From the human T2T-CHM13v2.0 reference genome, Homo sapiens: a DNA stretch of 64,000 bases. The notes below the pieces were generated by a model that had not been told where the DNA came from, did not search any database, and was given only the letters and a program-made list of their open reading frames with translations. A program made the position numbers and the translations under genes. Each line of letters begins with the position of its first letter. The first letter of the stretch is position 1. Below, in pieces: positions 53,351-64,000 of this stretch. The DNA lies in assembly GCF_009914755.1 (NCBI RefSeq), contig NC_060926.1; one strand, written 5' to 3'.

Positions 53351-54647
53351 ATCATCCATACAGGACTGGGAGGGAGGAAGGGTAAATAAAACTGATGCTA
53401 AAAGACTTTGCATTCATATTTGATATACATGTCACCAATTGGAATCTAAACTCAATGATCTTCTAGTTCCCTTTTTCTACTTTCCAGTTATTACTACTGA
53501 AAAAAGACTCTTTTAAAGTTCTCTTTTTACCTGTGATTAGGTGACTTGCAGGGCTGTTTGTTTCTATCTTTGATCAGGTTGGATGCAAATCACTAGCTTT
53601 TCATAAGAATGCATCAGTCTCTAGAAACATGGAGCAAAACAGAAGCAACCCACTTCTTGCTACTATCTAGGGCCATAGGGGGATATTTTGCCATTCCTAA
53701 GATCCATCAGTAAAATCAAATGGGGAACTTTGAATTTAATTGTTTGTCAGGCATTTTGTATATCTCCTCTGGGGTTCCTGATTCTCCCTTCTGTACTCCC
53801 TTCCTTTAACTCCCCACTTTCAGAACTCTCCTTGGGGTTTCTTTCCTATTCCACAGACCTATTTGGGTTCCAGTGCATAAATGCAACTATATCTCACCTT
53901 CCCAGGTATCTGAGTCAGGTGAGAAGCCTCTTTCCCTTTCTCTGATTTTATGGTCTGATAGCATAGACTCTTTCATTATCCCTGGTCTACGATGACCCAC
54001 ATTCCTCTTAACCTCCTCCTTTCTTGCAGTGTTCTGGGGTCAGTCACACTGCAAGACACCCAGATCAGAACTGGGAATCATGAGATTAGTTCTCATGTAT
54101 TGCCACAAATTAGCCATGTATTACTGGTGAAATCAAAGAATATTTCTAAGTCTTGCTTTTGTCATCTGTAAAACTGTGCTTAAAACAGATTTGTGATCTC
54201 TCAAATACTACCATGTAATAAGAGAGATGAGAGCTGGTAGAAGTGGCCTAGTTGTCTTCAAAGAAAAGGAAGGCTGTGTGGAGATGGACTGGAACTTAAA
54301 GATGACCATTATGTCTCAGGCCTGGTTCCTGGTTTCAAGCCACAGAAACATACTCTTTTCTGGTCCAGGGGATGCCATGCTTTGGCTTACTCAACTAAAC
54401 ACCTGCAAAAGCTGAGGTAGATGTCGTAATGCCAATATATGACTGTTCTGCCATCTAAGAAAGCCTGGTGTCCCTGTTGTGGAATCACTGCACCATGACA
54501 AGTTCCTCAGGTCTAGACCCCCTTTCTGGTGAGACTGCCCACACCTATGCACCTCCTACAGCAATGTTCCAGAGCTGCCACTGCCCAAACAAAATCATAC
54601 ATGAGACTGAGGAGGACATCACAATGTCAGTTTATTAATTTACAAGG

Positions 54648-56780
<2,133 letters not shown>

Positions 56781-57477
56781 TAGATCCTCCTAGGGGTCTA
56801 ATATACTCAAAGTCGGAGTCAGACTTTCTCTCAGTGCCAGACACGCCTACACGGAGGACTTAAATCCTAGCTAGAGATTTTTGGTGAACACGGAAATGAA
56901 ATGAAGGAAGTTGTGCTTACAGCAGATCCTAATGATGTATACACCTCACCACAGGGATGTCCTTGGAACCCTAAAATCATTTAGCCATATCCCTAGGAGC
57001 CTTGGCTTTGGAAGTGCAAGTCCCTTCTCCCAAAACTGCTGAGGACACCTGTCTCTGAGCCTGCTTCCATAGGGGACTGTTTCTCTTCCCACTCCTTCCT
57101 CAGCACCTCCGTGATTTCCTTTTTCAGACAAGTTAAATCAAGTTCCAATCTGACAGGTGGCCTGGGGAGCTATTCTCTTTCTTTCTTGCTTATTTATGCT
57201 CAGATCTATTCTGTGTGGATTCCAGAGTTCAGTTCTGAGGGAAAGTCTAACTTTCTGTACATGGAATAAGTCTCAAACACGAACAGCTGAAGCCGCAGCT
57301 TACCACTTACCTGTGCTGTGGGACCAGCCAAGCTACCTGTGAAATAAGGCAGTCCAGGCTGCTCCACCCATGGGTTCCCTCATACGCTTAGCACCAGTTG
57401 GTTGTGTTTGTTCCGAAATCCGTTAATGCCAATTGTACTAGACATTGTAATTATACAGTTTGTAAAACATAAAATAG

Positions 57478-57720
57478 GGCCAGGTGCAATGGTTCATGCC
57501 TACAATCCTAGCACTTTGACAGGGTGAGGAGGGAGGACTACTTGAGGTCAGGAGTTTGAGACCAGCCTGGGTAACAGAGTGAGACCCCGTCTCCACAAAA
57601 GTTTTTTTAAATAATAAGGTGGGCATGGTGGTATGTGCCTGCGGGCCCAGCTACTCAGGAGGCTGAGGGAGAAAGCTTGCTAGAGTCCAGGAGTTTGACA
57701 TTGCAGTGAGCTATTATTGA
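57478..57720 (+). mobile_element. AluJ-type element, 3'-truncated
   Basis: Diverged Alu left arm and most of the right arm; no tail. Confidence 0.85.
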
Positions 57721-57790
57721 GCAAGACAACTACAGATATTGAGGAAAGTTATACACATTTAGGGCTTGCACTCAAATTGTTCTACAGCTA

Positions 57791-57965
57791 TCTTTATTTT
57801 TGAGACAGGGTCTCACTCTGTTGCCCAGGCTGGAGTGCAGTGGTGCAATCACAGCTCACTGCAATCTCAATCTCCCCCGGCTCAGCCTCCCAAGTAGCTG
57901 TACTACAGGCATGCACCACCACACTCTACTAACTTTTTTGTATTTTTTTCAGAGACAGGGTTTCA
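57791..57965 (-). mobile_element. Partial AluJ-type element (mainly right arm, internal deletion)
   Basis: TGAGACAGGGTCTCACTCTGTTGCCCAGGCTGGAGTGCAGTGG... Confidence 0.85.
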
Positions 57966-59639
57966 TTTTCATTTACGAAAAACCAGAGATTGTGAACAAC
58001 ACCTTATAGATATACTTTATGCATAAAACCAACAGGAAGGAATATTAAAAGGAATGACATTGTCCCTACACCAAAAGATTAGTGGATAAATGTACGTTTA
58101 TGTGTTCTAATAGAAAATAAAATGTTTAAACTAATGTTAAAACAATTCTTATGATTCCTTCCTTTAACTGACTTTTTTGATTTCCTGACCAACTAAGTCA
58201 GATAAGAGTGATTCAAATGCAGTAACAAATATAGGTTATTATTTAAGTGTAACGTTAACTTTACTTATTAATATGCAATTACAGATTATCTTCTAAAGCA
58301 ATGCATAAACAAGTGGGCCTTCTTGCTTAATATCTCTTTTTTCTCCCTTCACTTCACTTGGGACGTTTAGTATAAGTTGCAGTAGCAATCGCAGGGAATT
58401 TCTACCTTGAGCACCAGTTTCACCAAGCTCTCCAGTCCTTGGCTGTGGTCAGGAGGGTCTGCTTCGTTCACGCACTGTCTGTTTGGTAGTGTGCAGAGAT
58501 GGTTTTCTTTTGCACCTTTAGGTGTCATCTGGAGTAAAAGGGAAGGAAACAATTCCTTGTCTGATCAGAGGAGCCCTTGCTTAAGGACTGCCCGAGCCAG
58601 TGGCTTAGCACATCGATTAAGGCATGCTCTGTCCTGAAGTTTGTCCTCAGCCTCCACAGAACCACATTTTGGGCTAAGAACTCCAAAGCCCTTGGTGACT
58701 CACTGAGGCAACATGTCCTGTTACGTTTCCATTCCTCCCCATTCCTTTCTTTGAGTTTTTCCTTGTTCTGCCTTCTGGTTCTCTATCTCTCCGTCCCCCA
58801 AGTTCTGATGTCCACAGGGACAAGAACCCACTGTTTCCTAAATCTGTGAGTCGGGTTTCCAGCTCCTACCAAGCTCTGTATACTAAGAAGGTAAAAAGTA
58901 AAGTTTAAATAATCTCTTAGAAGTAGGAACTCAAGGAGCTCAAGTTAATTCACAAACAACAGTGTGAAGACAATAATAAAACCACAGTTTCAGTGCTAGG
59001 GAGGGCAAGGAGAAAACATTATAAATGGTCCTTTAACAATTTACAATTTGCTGTATTATATTAAAAATATATTTATTTGAAAAATATCCAGGAACATATA
59101 CATTGGATCTAATATAAATAAGAGACTTAATGGGAGAAACAGAAACACATTTTACATTAATCTTGAAAAATCAATTTCCATTAATAGAAGCACAGGAAAC
59201 AAGTTGAAAATAGCATAGATCATGATGTCTTTTTTTTTTTTGAAGAAAAAAGATGGTATTGCTATTCATAATTACAAGAAATGGATGATAATATTTTAAA
59301 TTAGTTAACTTTGGTCCATCATGCTTACTTCATGGTGTGAAGAAAACAGCACTTGAATGATTTTTTCCCTTAATTTGTTCTAAATTACAGCAAAGTGCTC
59401 TGCAAGAAACAAGTGCTTGTGTTAATTAATTCTGAGTAAAGAAGGTCACCGGTATACATAGGGTTCATTTTGTGGTTTTAGTTATTGGCATCCTTCTGCA
59501 ATTAGAATTCGTCATTAGGTATTAGAGGAACATGCAGATTTTCACTTTTTTAAATCCAGAATTTCAGATTTAGGCACATTTTAAACTTTTTCTCTAAAAA
59601 TATTCTGACCCCAAGCTAAAAACTTGCTTTCTAACTCAA

Positions 59640-59935
59640 AAAATACTAAAGAAAGCTGTTTATCTAACATTTCCTACAATTTAATACATATCACTTATCT
59701 TGTTAAGCCTTTCTCTACTTCTGACAGAATTAATCAGTCCCCTCTCCTTTTTTTTCTGATTCTCTTCTTCTTGATATTATTTATGTCACATTGCATTGCA
59801 CTTATCATTTACATATTCCTCTCCCCTGAGACTGAGTTCCATGAGGGGAGAGATGGGGTGTTATTGGTATTTATAGCCTCTGAGCACAGGACACTCTCTG
59901 GGCCACAATAGGCTCTAAATAAATGTTTACTGATC
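59640..59935. mobile_element. L2 3' end fragment
   Basis: AGACTGAGTTCCATGAGGGGAGAGA...GGCTCTAAATAAATGTTTACTGA resembles the L2 terminus. Confidence 0.6.
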
Positions 59936-60049
59936 ATAATTGTTTATTGATATATTTTAAGTGCTGTCCATATACATTAACATAACAGTGCTTGCTAAGA
60001 TACGTTAAAGTATGTAAGACTTCCCCATTTAGGTTTTCACTTTCTAAAT

Positions 60050-60255
60050 CAGGGGTTGGCAAACTTCCTGTAAGGGTCCAGAAAGTAAATATTTTAGGCT
60101 TTGCAGGCCATTCGGTCTCTGTTGCAACCACTCAGCTCTGTCATGGAAGCATGAAAGCAGTCATGCACAGTATGTGAGTGAATGGGGATGGCAGCATCCC
60201 AATAACTTTATTTCCAAAATAGGCTGCAGGCTGGATTTGGCCCTGCCAACTCCTG
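60050..60255 (+). mobile_element. MER58A hAT-Charlie MITE
   Basis: TIRs CAGGGGTTGGCA...TGCCAACTCCTG; 8-bp TSD (T/C)TCTAAAT. Confidence 0.9.
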
Positions 60256-60909
60256 CTCTAAATCCTTATTTTGAAAGGTGGGGAAAGAGGGAATAAATAT
60301 TCCAAGCATGTATCTTGATAATCACTACAGTCAAAGTTTCTTATAAATGTTGGCAATAAGAATTATGATGTACATGCCATTTTGGAAATGTCTCCAAATT
60401 TTTCTTCTCCAAGAACAAAATGGAAACTAAGTGAGTTTTTCCCTGCTGTACCCTATTAATACTAAGGCACGAGGTTGTAGGGGATAGCAGGACTATGAGA
60501 ATTAGAAGTACTGACAAGACAGGGAAGTGACACAAAAGAAGAATGCAGGGAAAAGAGAGCAGATGGAAGTGAGCATGGCCTGCAGCAAGACGTGTCTGGG
60601 TCCTAATCCTACAGCGGATGGTGTGTTAGGTAAGTTGGAGACACACAGGGTTTTGCCCTGCTTCTCATCTGAGACATGAGAGAAAAAATGTCATATAGCA
60701 GTGGTCCTCAAACTTTTTGGCTAGCATACAAAATTGTTAAAAGAATCATGAAAGAAGGCATATTGCTTCACGAATTTCTAAGTTGACAGCCAAAATTTTT
60801 TATAATTAGGATGCAATTTTCAGAATATTATAAATAACAACATGTAAAAATAAAAGTGCCTTATCACCCTTTTAATATATCCAGTGGTGTCTAATATCAT
60901 AGCAAAATG

Positions 60910-61965
60910 TTAACTTTTTATATTGAAATGATTTTAGGTTTACAGAAAAATTGCCAACTTAGTCCAGAGAGTTCCTGTACAGCCTCCTTCAGCTTCTTCT
61001 AATGGTACATCTCATAAAACCATGGTATAATCATCAAAACAAAGAAACTAATACTGGTACAATACTATTAATTAAACCATAGACTTTATTTTACTTTCCC
61101 ATTTTCCCATAATGACCATTTTCTGTTCCATGATCCATTTGAGGATTTCAACTTGCACGTAGTTGTCATGTCTCTTTAGTGTCCTCCAATCCTTGACATT
61201 TCCTCAATCTTTCCTTATCTTTCATGACCAGGACACTTTTGAAGTGATCATTTATCTTGTGGAATGTCCCTCAACTTGGATTTGTCTAATGTTTTTTCAT
61301 GATTGAGATTATGCATTTTGGGGAGGATACCAAAGAAGTCATGTGCCCTTCTCAATGCCATACCAGGGGGTACATGATGCTGATGTGGCTTATTACTGCT
61401 TCTGTTAACCTTGATCCCTTGATTAAAGAAGTTTCTCTACTGTAAAGTTATTACTTTCTCTTTGTAATTAGTGATTATTTTGGGGAAAATACTCTAAGGT
61501 TATGCAAATATTCTGTTTTTCCTCAAACATTCACCCACTAACTTTTGCACCAACTGGTAGGTCTTGCCAACAATTATTACTGTTGTGTTTTCCTGATAGT
61601 GATTTTTGTTTCTCCCATTTCTTCTACATTTATCAATTGGAATTTACTGGGGAGAAGAACTGTTTCTTCTTTTCATTCATTCATTCACTCATTCAATTGT
61701 TTACATCAGTATGGACACACAGATATTTATTGTGTGGGTTATAATCCAATATTATAATTTTTTATTGTTTGCTCAAATTGTTCCAGCATTTCCACTGGAG
61801 AGCTCCTTCAGGTTGGTTCCTGTAGCCTTCGGACATGTGCCATCTTTTTGTGAGCACCTCCTTATTTTCTGCCATCACAAGATATTCCAGTTTCATCTTG
61901 TATTTTCCTGCCTTAGACCTGCAATCAACCACTTTCTCAAGAAGCCTAAGTTCCTTTGACTGGAG
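60910..61965 (-). mobile_element. Old L1M (L1MB/MC-type) 3' fragment, apparently interrupting a Charlie-like DNA transposon (~60699-62160)
   Basis: TTTTAGGTTTACAGAAAAATTG...AGAGTTCC...ATACTATTAATTAAAC L1 3' UTR motifs; CAGTGGTCCTCAAACTTTTTGG TIR-like start at ~60699. Confidence 0.7.
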
Positions 61966-62169
61966 ATACTACAACAATTTGAATTCTATCATAATCTATT
62001 TAAAAATAGAAATAACCTCTTCAGCAGTCAGAGATATTACTTTCTTTCAATCTTGTATTTCCATTCCAACTCCCCCACAGAATTTTATCCTAATGAGATA
62101 TACTTTAATTTGTGAAATATTTTATTCATTACCTTGTCATATTTTCCTGCAGTAAAAATATGTATATAA

Positions 62170-62475
<306 letters not shown>

Positions 62476-62764
62476 TAAAATTATTTTTTAAGAAGTCCCT
62501 GTGAACATAGGCTCTAAGTATTACACATTTTCTTCTATATTGAGTTGTCATTTCAATTATTGTTAGTATACAATTGATCAGAACAAAATAAATATGTTAC
62601 AAAGATTAAGATAGTATATGTCAAACTAAAATGATAGCAAATGGATCTGTTAATGAAATGGATATATCATAGATAAAAATTAATTAGTATTAAAAACTGC
62701 TAGTATAAATCAAGGTTCAGCATCAATTCTGTTCTCTCTCTTCTTTTTTTGTAGCTATACATGT

Positions 62765-63145
62765 TGAGAAACTCTGGTAGCAATTGCTGGTGCTGTCTGT
62801 AGTCCCTTATCCTCTCTTTCCTGAGCACACAAAGCAGAAGACTTCCTGGATTTCCTTTCAGTTAGGTTAGGTCATGTGACTAGTTCCAGCCAATGACACG
62901 CGAGTGGAAGTGCCACGTGTTTCTTCCTAAACCTGGGAACTTAACAGTTCTCTAGTGCCATAGCAGCACTGGAAGCCCCATGTTCTGGAGGTAGGACACA
63001 GCCTGGATCTGTGAGTTACTGCTTGGAGGCAAGTGTCCTGACCATAGCAGGCTTCGCATGATCAATAAATTAACTTCTGAGTTTTGTTTTTAACCACTAG
63101 TATTACAGGGTTTGTTTCCACAGCACACTCTAACTTATCTTAACA
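62765..63145 (+). mobile_element. Old MLT1-type LTR
   Basis: GGTCATGTGACTAGTTCCAGCCAATG...GAAGTG, CAGCCTGGATCTGTGAGTTACTGCTTGGAGG, TTTGTTTCCACAGCA. Confidence 0.6.
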
Positions 63146-64000
63146 TAGAAACTTTGTTCATATAAATAAGTAGATGGGAATAAAAGGAGGTTTGTTATAA
63201 CAATATCCCTCTATTACTTGAATTCCTTTCTCATAGGTGCCAAAAAATCAGTGATTCTACATTAAAAATTATTTTCTATATCAACCAACTGCTTGATTAT
63301 GTTCTCCTTCAGTTTTTTTTAAAGCATAGAAGTGGAAACACCCTACTTGCAAAGTGATTTGTTACCCAGTCATTAGAATGATTCATGTCAATTTCCTACA
63401 AGTAAAATTAAAAGGCTTTACTAAGACTCTTCAAATAACTGTTCATTATGCCTGTTACTCTTTCACTTACAGGCATCTTGCTTTACCTGATATACAAATG
63501 AAGGCTGGGAAAAGTAAAATATCACTTCATTATAGTTCGGTCAATACTATTTTTCTATTAAAATGCCTTTATCCTATTACAAGCTTTAATCAGAACACAA
63601 GAGCAGCAGATTTAGTTCATTCAATTAATACAAAATGTTCATCATAAAACTTAATGGGTAAAGTCAATCCTTGTTGTCAAACCAATGAGCCAAATAAAAA
63701 AAACTTCAGAAAAGGTCTGGATTCATTTTTCAGTTCAAATAAGCTTGTTAATACTCATCCTCACAACTCACATAGAAATCTAAGATAAATCAAGCCTTGG
63801 GACTTTCTTCTGGATAACATAAGATGTTAGGTTCTTGGCAACACATGCTTCACTTTGCTTTCACCAGACTTTTTCTACAGCTTGTTCTCTGACAATAGTC
63901 AGGCAGTGGATGAGATAAATTTTCAAATGAAAGTAGCACTCCAGCTGTTCCACTGTATAATACATATTAATTCAGAATATGAACATGGGGCAAAATAACT

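Overview
Primate (almost certainly human) genomic DNA: it contains Alu, L1PA/L1PB, THE1 and MIR elements. It carries the 5' part of LY75 (DEC-205/CD205, mannose-receptor family C-type lectin) on the minus strand. I traced 12 coding exons with GT-AG boundaries, 1974 nt = 658 codons in one continuous frame (signal peptide, CysR/ricin domain, FNII, CTLD1-3, start of CTLD4). The gene starts in a CpG-island promoter at ~30.3-31.3 kb and continues past the left edge. The right half (31.3-64 kb) is upstream, repeat-rich sequence in which I found no coding exons; from memory of the locus its right end may be the distal 3' UTR of the paralog PLA2R1, which I cannot confirm here. I do not see a new multi-gene system. 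The most unusual observation is a 54-bp copy of LY75 exon 2 coding sequence in intron 1, flanked by a 7-bp direct repeat, which looks like a templated-insertion repair scar. Other candidates are several template-switch hairpins, a 1.3-kb AT-rich VNTR, kappaB/PU.1/EICE motif sites, a CpG-retaining LTR remnant with a CTCF-like motif, and an exon-phase/inverted-Alu arrangement compatible with stop-free circRNAs. Repeat subfamily names come from recognition by eye and need RepeatMasker/Dfam confirmation.
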